Shown: positions 25,528 through 40,470 of the stretch, piece by piece
Numbering within the stretch: position 1 is the stretch's first letter
Layout of the letters: each line of letters opens with the position of its first letter
Origin: Octopus sinensis
Taxonomy: Eukaryota
Assembly: GCF_006345805.1 (NCBI RefSeq)
Contig: NC_043005.1
Span: 55,056,001-55,120,000, forward strand
Length of the DNA: 64,000 bases
Reading direction: 5' to 3'
Position numbers and translations under genes: made by a program
The notes under the pieces: generated by a model
Databases searched by the model: none
Told to the model about the DNA's origin: nothing
Seen by the model: only the letters and a program-made list of their open reading frames with translations

Positions 25528-25747
25528 CCCTTTCATTACTGTATTTATTTTGAGATGCTCTGTGTTTCTTTTAATTACTTTAAATATAACAAAGAATTTA
25601 GTAAAATAACTTAGTTATCATTAAGCTAGTGTTAGGAACATAAATTGTGACTATGGTTTTGTGGAAGATTTTAATTCAAAACTTATGAAAACAGGACATT
25701 TGTACTCAGAGCCAGAGTGGGTTTCAGCCGGGTTGGTATCAAAAGGG
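25528..25747 (-). mobile_element. piggyBac-type MITE, family 1, inverted orientation
   Basis: TTAA at 25524-25527 and 25748-25751; interior is the reverse complement of 6400-6620. Confidence 0.92.
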
Positions 25748-26439
25748 TTAATGAAATACTTAGTTACTTTCCAAATTCATATCAGCTACTTGTTACCAAC
25801 ATTCTCTTATTCTTTTCCATTGGTTTTCATTCATATTGTTCTTAAAGGAAAATCTACTCTTTATACATGTGCATGCTTGCTTCTGCATGCATTTATGTAC
25901 CACACACACAGACACAAACACATTTATTTATAGTGCGAGAATGAAAGAATATATATGACTGTCTTTGTGGCGGGTGTAATCCATGACAATTGTCGGTCTC
26001 TCTCTGTCTGCCTGTCTATCTATCTATCTATCCATCTATCTATCCATCCATCCATCCGTTTGTGTGCGTGTGTGAGAGTAAGCACGCACGTGCACATCTA
26101 TAAATATGTTTAAGGTACTCACGCAGGCCAGGCATGCATTGCTAGCGGTTCGCACACACAGACACGGCATATATAAATATAAGGGACTGAGATACGTTCT
26201 TCTCACTTCTCTTATCTTGTTAATCATGCGAATGCATAGGGTCCTTTTGAACTCCTGCTTTGTATTTTAGCCTTTACTGAATTCATTATGCTTTCATAAG
26301 CAGTCCCTTTTTTCTTCCTAATTGAACTCAATGCCAGTACTATGCATAGTCCTCCTATAGGTGGGACAATAAGATAGTGTAACCCCCATGCACGTGCATG
26401 GGCACGCAAACAAGCACATACTTTTATAATTATGCGTAT

Positions 26440-26605
26440 CAGCACACACACACACACATTAATATACACATTATTTATATAGAGGATTTGCATTATATGT
26501 ACGTACACAATATATGAGTGATGGTGTGTATATATGTGCATGTATACATATATACTTTTATATGTGTGTGTGTGTGTGTGTGTATATATTTCAATGTGTG
26601 TGTAA

Positions 26606-26656
<51 letters not shown>

Positions 26657-26901
26657 TAACAATATGTATTCATGTATTTGTATATATGTGTATGTCTGTG
26701 CATGTGAATGTGTGTGTGTATGTATATATATATATATATATAGTTTAAAAAATAAAGTTGGAAAAGGCACAAAAGTATATAAGTTTTTTTATTTTTACCA
26801 TAATTTCTTTTATTTGTATGAATTTGTAACCTCTTTTCAACTATATATATATGTGTGTGTATATCATTATGTATTAATGTAGATATATGTGTGTATGTGC
26901 T

Positions 26902-26936
<35 letters not shown>

Positions 26937-26940
26937 ATAG
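26440..26940. repeat. Compound (CA)/(TG)/(TA) microsatellite region
   Basis: Direct reading. Confidence 0.88.
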
Positions 26941-26942
26941 TG

Positions 26943-27200
26943 TAAAGGCATCTGGCCTAGTGCATAGGGCGTCACACTTTGATTGCAAAGATCATGGTCT
27001 CAGTTCCCCGGACAGTTGTGTTCTTGAACAAAACTCCACATTTCCTGTTGTTGCAGGATAACCCTGTGATGGACTTATATTCAGTTCTCAGGGAATGTTA
27101 GCTTGCATACCTACCCAGCAGGGTAGCATCATTTAAGTGAAAATAACGTGAGGAATCATATTGTGACCAGCAGTCTGTAACAACATCCAATAGCCTAGTC
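26943..27200 (+). mobile_element. Degenerate tRNA-derived SINE
   Basis: tggcctagtgcatagggc head, cagttcccc B-box-like motif, then gtgttcttgaacaaaac and accctgtgatggact motifs typical of SINE bodies. Confidence 0.55.
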
Positions 27201-28549
27201 AACACCGCAGTATGTATGTGTACATACATATATGTGTACATACATATGTGTGTGTATGAGTAAATGCACATATGTGTGTGTGTGTATACACACATGAATA
27301 GATTTATGTATATATATATATATACACACACACTAACACATCTACACTCACACAACGTTTTATGGCATAGTAGACACTGCACTGTGGAAGACACGCCTTG
27401 CTTTGGAAAATGAAATTCTAAGAAAAAAGTCTTTTATACTTACCACATGATTGGGCAGTTTCTGGCAGGTATATACTAAATGCCTGTTATGTGGCAAAAC
27501 TTGTGCGCAGACCAACAGAATACCTATGCTCCTTTTGGGGTGAAATCACAAGACATGGGCCACCTGACTGGTGGTTTGTGCCAGTTGTTATTGTAGTACA
27601 CAACACCATCTTCTTTAACTGTCCTGCAACTATTGCTGTGACACTCTATGGTGATTGTGACACTCTATGGTGATTGTGCCACACTGTTCACCATTCATCA
27701 TCCTCCTGCACCTGACTATGACTGTTGGCAACTTCCACCTGTATGTTTGTGCCAAACTTCTTGCTCCTAAAATGATAACTTTCATAGAGAGCATGTATCC
27801 AAAGTTTCTTTGGCCTAGTATCTATGTTTATAAGATTTCTTTTTAAGTACAGCCATTTTGCTGGCACTACATGAAGGTTATGGCTTTGCTTATTTGCTTT
27901 TTATCATTACTTATTCCACCTTTTCAGTGGGTGGTCACCTGAAGCTTCCCTCCATCATCCTGTTTCCATGACTTTTGGCATATTATGCACCTTCAAGTTT
28001 AAATAGGACATATTTATGAGTCCTTAATTACCCATCGTGGATGTGGAAGATAATTTGCAGGAAATTATCATCATTCAAGAATATTAAAAATCTAAAAGGT
28101 TTATTGAAACCTTTTGCAATTTTTCAATAGATATTCCTACAGTTGTTGTATTTGTGTCAGCAATATTAAGACAAACCTGTTAAGTATAGAAAATATTTAC
28201 AATTGTTAGGTAATGAAATAAAAGTTTTTCTAGGAAGCTGATTTCAGTTAACTCTAAGAAAACCTTAGCAAAATCAATTCAGCTAATATCATAGGTGATT
28301 TGTGGTATGTTTTATTACAAAAGTGCATTTTCCTTGCCACAAGATACATTATATATATGTACATGTATGTGTATAGACATGTACAATAATATGGGTGTTG
28401 GGGTAGGGGGTATAGATTTGGGTCTCTGACTAACAGATATCCATCACTTCTGATTCCTGTTCTCTTCTGTGCTTGATACCTTACGCATGCTAACAAACTT
28501 GAATATGAGAGAAGTGTTAATCGCCCTCCCGCTCCTGTGTGCTTAAAGT

Positions 28550-28960
28550 TGGTGCCTTCAACATCCAAGAAGCTTTCACTGAACCTAGGCTGATGATCAA
28601 TATGACTGGCAACATAGCTAGGAATGCCACAAGAAGAAACCCATCACTTGTCTCGAAGCTAAAGAGAAACCTTGCACAATGGAACACCAATACTCATGCG
28701 TTTTTGACAGCCTCGAGACTGGTAATGCAGAGCGGATCATCACACCAATGAAATTCATCTGGCCAGACATGGCCATCTCCTCAGATTCCAACAAGTGTCA
28801 ATCAGCACGGGAATGACAGTATACGTACCGGGGAAGTATTGGTGAAAGAATCTCATAGGAGAAACCTTACTAAATACCGGGAGCAGGTGGACTACTGCTT
28901 CCTCAAAGAGAGAGCAACTTGCTGCAAGCTGATTGAGGCAGCCCCATATCCTTAGCCTCT
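28550..28960 (+). mobile_element. Fossil of a restriction-like-endonuclease (RLE) non-LTR retrotransposon C-terminus
   Basis: Manual translation with frameshifts gives FLTAS-DW...PDMAISSDSNK...E*TV...VLVKESHRRNLTKYREQVDYC...CKLIEA. This parallels the RPD...ELTVPWE...HERK..KY..L...C...C..IEVG pattern of HERO/NeSL/R4-type elements, recalled from memory. Confidence 0.62.
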
Positions 28961-29560
28961 ACACTGCAAATGGTGTGACTGTAAAAGTGTGTTTTTACAC
29001 TTGTATGGATATATGAATCAGTGTGTCAGTGTATGTGTATATATGTGTGTGTTCATATTTATGTCTGTACATTTGCAAACACACATATATGTATAGACGT
29101 ATGTGTCTATCTATATCTATATATAAATATATACAGATAGACGTCTATGTATAAATTTGTATATATACGTTTCTACACATACAAATGTATTTATGTACTT
29201 ACATAGTCATCCACGTTTTTGTGTGTGTGTGTTTGTGTGTATATGTATATATGTCAATATATGCACACATACATGCATGTATATATACACACACATCATA
29301 TCATTATATGCATATCCATTTATAGATGAATACACTAATGTATGCATACATCATCATCATCGTTTAACGTCCGTTTTCCATGCTAACATGGGTTAGATGG
29401 TTCCAAACAAGAAAGCACAAAAAAACACAACGCGAGGACGTGGAACAAATATAGTATTATTGGACGCTCAGGAAAGAAGGACATATATACATACATATAT
29501 ATGTATATATATATATATATATTATTGTATATATATATATATATATATGTGTGTATGGAT

Positions 29561-29849
29561 GCACAATGGCCCAGTGGTTAGGGCAGTGGACTCGCGATTT
29601 CAATTCTCAGACCGGGCATTGTGTTTATTGAGCAAAAACGCATAAAGCTTCATGAGGCTCCGGCAGGGGGTGGTGGTGAACCCTGCTTTACTCTTTCACC
29701 ACAAATTTCTCTCACTCTTTCTTCCTGTTTCTGTTGTACCTGTATTTCAAAGGGCCAGCCTTGTCACATTCTGTGTCACGCTGAATCTGTCCGAGAACTA
29801 CGTTAAGGGTACATGTGTCTGTGGAGTTCTCAGCCACTTACATGCTAAT
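29561..29849 (+). mobile_element. tRNA-derived SINE, family C (3' truncated)
   Basis: tggcccagtggttagggc A-box-like head; body matches 37247-37575 and the reverse complement of 41373-41675. Confidence 0.85.
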
Positions 29850-30050
29850 AAATGAGCTGCGACGTCACAGGTGCCAAGCTGTATCGACCTTTGCCTTTCC
29901 CTAGGATAACATCGGTGGCGTGGAGGGGGTAGGCTGGTATGCGTGGACGGCTGCTGGTCTTCCATAAACAACCTTGCCCAGACTTGACTTGTACCTCGGA
30001 GGGTAGCTTTCTGGGTGCAATCCCATGGTCATTCATGACTGAAGGGGGTT
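29850..30050 (+). mobile_element. 3' half of SINE family D
   Basis: Aligns with 33705-33902 (gcgacgtcacaggtgccaagct...catgaccgaaggggg). Confidence 0.85.
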
Positions 30051-30122
30051 CACAAAAATATATGTGTATATATATATATTAATATATATATATATATGTG
30101 TGTACATGTATGTATATATATG

Positions 30123-30157
<35 letters not shown>

Positions 30158-30169
30158 GTATATATATAT

Positions 30170-30200
<31 letters not shown>

Positions 30201-30512
30201 GTATATATATAATATATATATAATATATATATAGATATATATTTGTTGAAATAGAAAGATGAATTTTCTTGTTACAGATTATTCAAAAGTTTAACCGATA
30301 CCTGGGTAGCAAAATCACAGCAGAAATCACTGCGCCTCTGTTTTGTTTTGTTCTGTCAACGAATTCCTGTTTTTTCCTGAAGAGAAAGCCACAATATGGT
30401 ACCCTTATTTAATCAGAATTTGGAATTTGTAGCCTTTGAACATGTGTAGAATGTAATAAAAGGAATTCTGTACAATCTTCGTTCAACTCCATTTCTTCCA
30501 TTCACTAATAAG

Positions 30513-30547
<35 letters not shown>

Positions 30548-30646
30548 ATATAAGGCATTGTGGTAATCAGTTTCCTTCCCGAAGGCATGACGTTATTCCA
30601 CTATGTGGCAGCTTAGACGACAGTCTTTAACTGTTTTTTGCATGTG

Positions 30647-30677
<31 letters not shown>

Positions 30678-30940
30678 CATATAGAAATATGCATGTGTAT
30701 ATGTATATTGATATACATATATGTATATTTCTATATGTGTGTATGTGTGTATATATTTGTGTGTATGTATATATATATTTGTATATGTATATGTGTGTAC
30801 ATATGTATATATATATGCATGTATATATATATATGCATATATATATGTATAAATATATGTATTTGTATGTATATGTATATATTTATTTGTATGTATATAT
30901 GTATGCATATATCTATGTACATATGTATATATATGCACAT

Positions 30941-31083
30941 ATCATCATCATCATCGTTTAACGTCCGCTTTCCATGCTAGCATGGGTTGGACGGTTCAAC
31001 TGGGGTCTGGCAAGCCCGAAGGCTGCACCAGGCCAGTCAGATCTGGCAGTGTTTCTACAGCTGGATGCCCTTCCTAACGCCAA
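30941..31083 (-). mobile_element. 5'-truncated retroposon, family E, with (GAT)n tail
   Basis: Reverse complement reads ggcgttaggaagggcatccagc...catgctagcatggaaagcggacgttaaacgat(gat)n. Related fragments occur at 29350, 41730, 42261, 42645, 47220 and 55990. Confidence 0.8.
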
Positions 31084-31253
31084 TATATACATATGTATAT
31101 CTATATATGTATATATTTGTATATATATATGTATATATGTATGAACATATATATATATATATATTTGTATAAATATATATTTATATATATATATCTGTAG
31201 GCATATATGTATGTATATATTTGTATACATATATCTGTAGGCATATAAGTATG

Positions 31254-31311
<58 letters not shown>

Positions 31312-32282
31312 TGTATGTATGTATATATGTATGTATGTATAATATGTATGTGTATATATGTATGTATGTATATATATATAATGTATGTTATAGTATGTAT
31401 GTATATATGTATGTATAATATATATATGTATGTATATCTGTATGTATATATATATATGTATGTATATATATATGTATGTATATATATATGTATGTATATA
31501 TATATGTATGTATATATGTATATATATGTATGTATATATATGTATATATATGTATGTATATATATATGTATGTATATATATATATGTATATATATATGTA
31601 TATATATATATATATATGCATATATATATGTATACATATGTATATGTATATATATGTGTGTATGTATATTATATATGTGTGTATGTATATATATATGTAT
31701 GTATATAAATATGTGTGTATGTATATATGTATGTATATATATATGTGTGTGTATATATATATGTGTATACATATATGTATATATGTGTATGTATATATAT
31801 ATGTGTATGTATATATATGTATGTATATATATATATGTATCTATGTGTATGTATATATATATATGTGTGTGTGTATATATATATGTGTATACATATATAT
31901 ATATATGTATATATGTGTATGTATATATATGTATATATGTGTATGTATATATATGTATATATGTGTATGTATATATATGTATATATATGTATGTATATAT
32001 ATATATATATGTATCTATGTGTATGTCTATATATGTATATATATATATGTATGTATATATACATGTATATATATGTATGTATATATACATGTATCTATAT
32101 GTATGTATATATATATGTATATATATGTATATATTATGTATATATATAGGTATGTATATATATATGTATTATTATATATGTTATATATGTATGTATATAT
32201 ATATGTTATATATATGTATGTATATATATATGTATATATATGGTATGTAGTATATATAATGTATATAGTATATATATGTATG

Positions 32283-32322
<40 letters not shown>

Positions 32323-32720
32323 TGGTATGTATATATATGTATGTATATATATGTATGTTATATAATATGTATGTATATCTATATATGTATATATATGTAT
32401 GTATGTATATATATATGTATGTATATATATATATGTTATGTATATATATATATGTATATATAGTATGTATATATATAATATGTATATATATATATGTATA
32501 TATATATGTATGTATATAATATGTATGTATATATGTATGTATGTATAGTATATATATATATGTATGTATACGTATATATATATGTATTATATATATATAT
32601 GTATGTATACGTATATATATTGTATATATATATATCTGTATGTATCTATATATGGTATATATATGTATGGTATATAGTATGTATGTTTATATATAATGTA
32701 TGTGTATATATATGTATGTG

Positions 32721-32756
<36 letters not shown>

Positions 32757-33500
32757 GATGTATATATAGGTAAATGTATATTATCTATATGTGTATATAT
32801 ATTGTATGTGTATATATATGTATGTGTTATATATGTATGTATATATATATGTATATATATGTATTATATATATATGTATATTATATGTATGTATATATAT
32901 ATGTATATAGATGTATATATATGTTATATATATATGATCTATTATATGTATAATATATAATATATATATGTATATGTATGTATTATTATATGTATGTATA
33001 TATATATATATATGTATATGTATGTATATTACTATGTATTATATGTATGTATATATATATGTATGTATATATATATGTATGTATATGTATGTATGTATAT
33101 ATATATATGTATTTATATATATATATGTATATATATATGTAATATATATATGTCTATATATGTATGTATATGTATGTATGTATATGTATGTATGTATAGA
33201 TATATATGTATGTATATATATATATGTATATATATGTATGTATATATATATATGTATATATATGTATGTCTATATATATATGTATATGTTGTATGTATAT
33301 GTATGTATGTATGTATTATGTATATGTATGTATATATATATGTATGTATATCTATGTATGTTATATGTATGTATATATATATATGTATGTATATTATGTA
33401 TCTATATATGTATGTATATATATGCATGTATGTATTTATATATATTATGTATGTATATATGCATGTATGTATTTATATATATATATGTATATGCATGTAT

Positions 33501-33557
<57 letters not shown>

Positions 33558-33568
33558 TATATGTATGT

Positions 33569-33902
33569 GAAGGCTCATGTCACTGTGGTTAGAGTGTCAA
33601 GCATATGATCACAAAGTTAGGAGTTTGAAGCCCGGACCAGGCTACATGTTGTGCTCTTGAGCAAGTCACTTATTTCACGTTGCTCCAGTTCACTCAGCTG
33701 TGGAAATGAGTTGCGACGTCACAGGTGCCAAGCTATATCGCCGTTTGCCTTTCCCTTGGATAACACTGGTGTCATGGAGAGGGAAGGCTGTTATGCACGG
33801 GCGACTTCTGGTCTTCCATAAACTACCTTGCCTCGACTTGTGCCTGGGAGGGTAACTTTCAAGGTGCCATCCCACGGTTAGTCATGACCGAAGGGGGTCT
33901 CC
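33569..33902 (+). mobile_element. tRNA-derived SINE, family D (near full length)
   Basis: gtggttagagtgtc head, ggagtttgaagccc B-box-like motif, CORE-like cttgagcaagtcactt, and 3' half shared with 29850-30050. Confidence 0.82.
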
Positions 33903-33949
33903 GCATATATATGTGTATATGTATATGTCTTGATACATGTGTGTATCCC

Positions 33950-34135
33950 TGTCAATAAGAAACTATGACATTACAACCAGCCAGGAAAAGTTTTCTCTAC
34001 ATTTGCGGCACCTGCCAGACGGAGTGTTTCTCCAGGATAGGACTACACAGCCACAGCATGAATTGTAAAAGCCGGACTAGATTATTTTATGGGCAACTCC
34101 ATTGTCTCCAGAGACAAAAAGGATGCCAGCAACAT
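33950..34135 (+). mobile_element. 3' end of an RTE-clade LINE
   Basis: Translation FLYICGTCQTECFSRIGLHSHSMNC matches the CxxCxRxCxSRIGLxSH C-terminal motif of RTE-clade ORF2 and is followed by a short 3' UTR-like tail. Confidence 0.85.
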
Positions 34136-37100
34136 ATGTGTATAAATATATATATGTGTATACTTATATATACATTTATACATATGTATGTTTATATATA
34201 TGTATGCATATATATGTGTATACATGTATGTATGTATATATATATATATATGTGTATATATGTAAGTATATATGTGTATATATGTAAGTATATATGTGTA
34301 TATATGTATTTATATATGTGTATGTATGTATATATATGTGTATATATGTATGTATATATATATATGTGTGTATATATGTATGTATATATAAGTTTATATA
34401 TGTATGCATATATATGTGTATATATATATGTATATATATATGTATATATATATACATGTATATATATATACGTATATATGATGTATATATATATGTGTAT
34501 GTAGATATGCATATGTACATAGATGTATATTTATATTTGTTTATATATACATATATACATATATATATATGTATGGATAAATATATAAATATCTATGTAT
34601 GATCTATATATGTATAAATATATAGTTATAATTATATATGTATGTGTGTATATTTTTGTATGTATATATGTTATAAGCATCTGTATATATATATACTATA
34701 TATATATATATATATATATTATATATGTATGTATATCTGTATGTATGTATGTATATCTGTCTGTATGTATGTATATCTGTATATATATATGTATGTATAT
34801 CTGTATATATATATATATATGTATGTATATCTGTATGTATATATGTATGTATATATATATATATGTATGTATGTATATCTGTATATATATATATGTATGT
34901 ATGTATATCTGTATATATATATGTATGTATATCTGTATATATATATGTATGTATATCTGTATATATATATGTATGTATATCTGTATATATATATGTATGT
35001 ATATCTGTATATATATATGTATGTATATCTGTATATATATATGTATGTAATGTATATCTGTATAATATATTGTATGTATGTATATCTGTGTATATATATA
35101 TATATGTATGTATGTATATCTGTATATATATATATACATATATATATATTATGTTGTATCTTGTATATTTATACATATATATATATATATATGATGTATA
35201 TCTGTATATATATATATATATATGTATGTACGTATATCTGTATATATCTATATATATATATATATATACTATAATATATAATATATGTATGTATGTATAT
35301 CTGTATTATATATATATGTATGTATGTTACTGTATATATATATATATGTTGTATATCTTATATATATATATGGTATGTATTATCTGTATATATATATATG
35401 TATGTATATCTGTATATATATATATAGTATGTATATCTGTATATATATTATATATAATGTATATTTATATATATAGTTAGTATCTAGATATATATTTATA
35501 TATATATATATATATCTATAAATATATATATATATATAGATATATATACATACATATATATGTGTGTATATATGTATATGTTTAATGTATAAATGTGTAT
35601 ATTATATTGTGTATATATAATATATATATAATATACATGTATATATATTATACATACATATGTATATACATGTATGTATATATATGTATAAATGCGTATA
35701 TATATATCTATCTTTGTATATATGTATGCATATATATGTATATATATGTGTATGTATATATGTGTAATTATATATATATGGATATATATACATATATATG
35801 TATATATATGTGTGTGATACCTATATATATGTATATATGTTCAACATATACATACATAAATGTATGTATATATGTAGGCATATCTTATATATATATATAT
35901 ATATTATATATATATATATATATCTTATATATATGCATGTGTATAATATATGTATATATATCTATATGCATGTGTATATATATAGTATATATATATATAT
36001 GCATGTGTATATATATATGTATATATATATATAGGCATGTGTATATATATAATGTATATATATATTATATGCAATGTATATATTATATGATATATATATA
36101 TATGCATGTATATATATATATGTATTATATATTTATGTATGTGTATATATATATGTATACATACATGTATATATATGAATATATATATGTATATATACAT
36201 GTATATATATGAATATATACACGTATAGATATATGAATGTATGCATATATGCACATATATATGAATATATACATGTATAGATATATGAATGTATGCATAT
36301 ATGCACATATATATGTATATATATATGCATATATATATATACATATATGACTATATATAGGTATGCGTATATATAGATATGTATGTATGTATGTATATAT
36401 ATATTTATGTATGTATGTATGTATATATATATCTATGTATGTATATATATGTATATACATATATGTAATTATATGTATATATATGTATATACATATATGT
36501 AATTATACGTATATATATGTATATACATATATGTAATTATATATATGTATATGTATATACATATATGTAATTATATATATGTATATATATATACATATAT
36601 GTAATTATATATATGTATATATATATATATATACATATATCTATGTATATATGTATGTATATACATATATATATATGTATACATATTTGTATGTATATAC
36701 ATCTGTATATATGTATGTATATACATATATATATATGTATACATATTTGTATGTATATACATCTGTATATATGTATACATATATATATATATGTATGTAT
36801 ACATGTGTATATATATATATGCATGTCTATAATTATGTATATATAGGCATGTATGTATATATATATATTTATATATATGTATGTATATGTATATATGTAT
36901 GTATACATATATATATTTGTATATGTCTGTTTATGTATATATATTCTTATATGTATATATATGTATATATATGTAAGTATATATGTGTATATATGTATGC
37001 GTATATTTGTGTATGTGTATGTATTTATCTGTATGTATGTATGTATATATATGTATTTATGTATATATGTATATATGTGTATGTATATATATATATATAT

Positions 37101-37246
37101 ATATATTTATATAAGCATATAAATATGTATATATATAATTGTATGTATACATATGTTAGTATTCCTGTTTATATATATGTTTGTATACGTATGTGTATAT
37201 ATATATATATATATTTATATGTATATGTTTGCATATATCCGTTGAA

Positions 37247-37575
37247 GCACGATGGCCCAGTGGATACGGCTGCGAGTCTTGTGAGTTTTTATTGAGCGAA
37301 AACACCTGAAGCTCCATGAGGCTCCAGCAGCCGGTGGTGGTGATCGTTGCTGTTCTTTTTCTCCATAAGTTTCTCTCACTCTTTCTTCCTGTCTCTGTTG
37401 TACCAGCATTTGAAAGGACTCGGCTTGTCCCAATCTGTGTCTCACTGAATCTCCCTAATAATAATGTTAATGATTCATGTGTCTGTGGATTGGTCAGCCA
37501 CTTGTAAGTTAATTTTACAAGCAGGCTGCTCTGTAGTTCAACAGGATTCCTCATGGGATCAACCAACAGATTGCC
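37247..37575 (+). mobile_element. tRNA-derived SINE, family C
   Basis: Aligns with 29561-29849. Confidence 0.85.
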
Positions 37576-37820
37576 TCATGTCATGTGTGTATATATATAT
37601 ATATTTATACATATAAATATATGTATGTATATGTATATCTGTATATATATATGTATTTATATATATGAGTAGATGTGTGTGTATATCTTTATACATACAT
37701 ATATATATATATGTGTGTGTGTAAATATATATATATATATATAAATTTAAAGTGAGCGTGAGAAATAGTGGATCTGTTTCTAGCATAAGGGTGTCCACAT
37801 AATGGTTTCTCTCTAATATG

Positions 37821-37871
<51 letters not shown>

Positions 37872-38121
37872 AATATGTGTGTGTATATATTTAAATGTGT
37901 TTATCTGTGTATATATATATTTGTGTATATTTATATATATGTATATATGTGTGTATTTATATATATCCATATTTGGATATGTAAATATACATATGTATGT
38001 AGGTATGTATATATTTGTATGTATGTGCGTACATATTTGTATGTCTGTATGTACATATATATTTGTATGTATGTGTGCATATATATGTATATATATATAT
38101 ATGCATATATATATATGTATG

Positions 38122-38233
<112 letters not shown>

Positions 38234-38667
38234 GAGAAATCTGTACATACATATATGTATGTATATATATATATATATATATACACATATATTTATATAT
38301 TTCATATATATACATATCTATATATTTGATAGATATATTTTATGTATATGTGTATGTCTGTCTATATATGCATTTGCATGTATATGTATGTATATATATA
38401 TAGATATCCATCTATACATGTGTACATATATGTATGTATATATATCTATCTATATATATGTGTATATATTTATATGCATATATATACATGTACATATATT
38501 TATATGTATATACATATATGTGTGTATTTATTTATATATATATATATGTATCTGAGTTAAATATACATAATTGTATACTCTTAGGTATGCATCTGTATTA
38601 TATATTTACATACATATATAATATAAATATTATATGTATATGGATACAGACATACACACACATGCAT

Positions 38668-38815
38668 ATATGGTTACAGGACGTCACCGACATGAAACAA
38701 CATAAAATACGAAAACAAATCAGTTGAATATGCAAACACCAAGAGAAACAAATGGAAAACTGGACGAGTAACATAAAGAACGACCCTTCATCAGTTGTCA
38801 GCTGCGTGTCTACTC
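38668..38815 (-). mobile_element. Possible Penelope-like terminal fragment
   Basis: Minus strand reads gctgacaaCTGATGAAggg followed by T-rich sequence, in a TA microsatellite. No coding part is visible. Confidence 0.3.
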
Positions 38816-39191
38816 ATTTGTAGCATGTGTATATATATATATTACTATATATACATGTATGTATATGTGTGTATATCTATGTATTTATATGTCTATGTGT
38901 CATATATGGGTATATATATATATATATGTATGATTGTGAGTCCTTGTATTTATATGTGTATAGCTATGTATATGTGTGAGTAATTATATAAAATATATAT
39001 ATCTGTATGTTTATATATATGTATATGTCTGTATTTGTATGTTTGTGTGTATGTGTATATATGTGTGTGTGTATGTATATAAATATATATATATATATAA
39101 GCATGTTGTATGAATGTATGTGTATATATGAATGTATATCAGTATGCATATATATATTATATATATATATTTATGTGTGCATGTATATATA

Positions 39192-39232
<41 letters not shown>

Positions 39233-39462
39233 GTATGTATCTTCAAACTAGGTATTAGTATTTGTTGGTCAATAAGTGATGAAGTGTTAGTGTTCTGGTA
39301 TCTGTAGTACTTGTACATATTTACGCCAATTTTCATCTATATACATATATATATGTTTATGTATATTGAAATGTAGATGCTATGTATATGTATGTATGTA
39401 GGTGGTATGTATATATATGTAGGCTGTACGTACTTGTATGTCATTATGTATATATGTATATA

Positions 39463-39498
<36 letters not shown>

Positions 39499-40431
39499 CA
39501 CAAATGTCTATATGTATGTATATGTTTACATATGTGTATATCTGTATATACACACGCACACACACACACACACATATATATATCCATATACCTGTGTATA
39601 TGTATTTCTTGATGTGTATGTATGCTTGTGTGCTTATATATGTGCATATTTATATATGTATCTGTTTCCATATATGTGTGTCTTTATATGTGTATATGTA
39701 TGTCTGTATATTCATATATATATAGGATATATAGGTTTGTTTGTATATATAAATATATTTCTTCATATGTATGCATAAAGATGTATATATTTGTAACTGT
39801 GTATGTCTGTATAAATGTATGTAATATATATATATGTCTTTATACGTATAGTCATGTCTGTGGATGTATACATATATAGGGAGGTATATGTACATATTTG
39901 TACATATTTGTGTGTAGAGGGATGTGTGTGTGTGTGCATACACACACACGTGTGTTTTGCTATAGCCTCAGTTTGACCTAATCCTAGAGGGAGTATCCGA
40001 CAGATAGAAACTGAAAGAAGTCCGTTGTATGCATGTGTGTATATAGATATATCTGTGTGCATTCGTGCCTCCGTTTGTTCCTCACTACTGCTGGACAACT
40101 GGTATTCAGATAAATAGGCTTTGGAAATAAGTATCATGCTTCAAAGGAATGTTAGTCTTGGAGTTGATTAATTTGACCAAAAGCCCTAAAGGCAGAGTCC
40201 CAGTATGGCCACAGAGCAAGGACTGAAACAACCAAATGATAACATATATATATATTCAGACACATGCTGACATATACACCATATACACAGATAGAGGAAA
40301 TTGGTGGCACAGTGCTGGGTTACCTATTCCTAGAGGACTCGGTGGTTCAGTCCTATGGATTACCTATTCCTCTGAAACTGTCCCGTCCATGCCACCATGG
40401 AAGACGGGCCTTATATGATGACATTGATTTG

Positions 40432-40470
<39 letters not shown>

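Noticed and set aside
26224-26988. 254-aa minus-strand ORF
   Set aside because: Mostly microsatellite translation joined to repeat fragments; no recognisable domain.
27400-28000. Degenerate segment with KCLLCGKTC and a 19-bp tandem duplication
   Set aside because: Probably a retroelement remnant, but too decayed to classify.
38760-38800. CTGATGA core suggesting a Penelope-type hammerhead ribozyme
   Set aside because: No stem II followed by GAAA on that strand; other CTGATGA sites (5345, 53212, 3020) also lack the core geometry.
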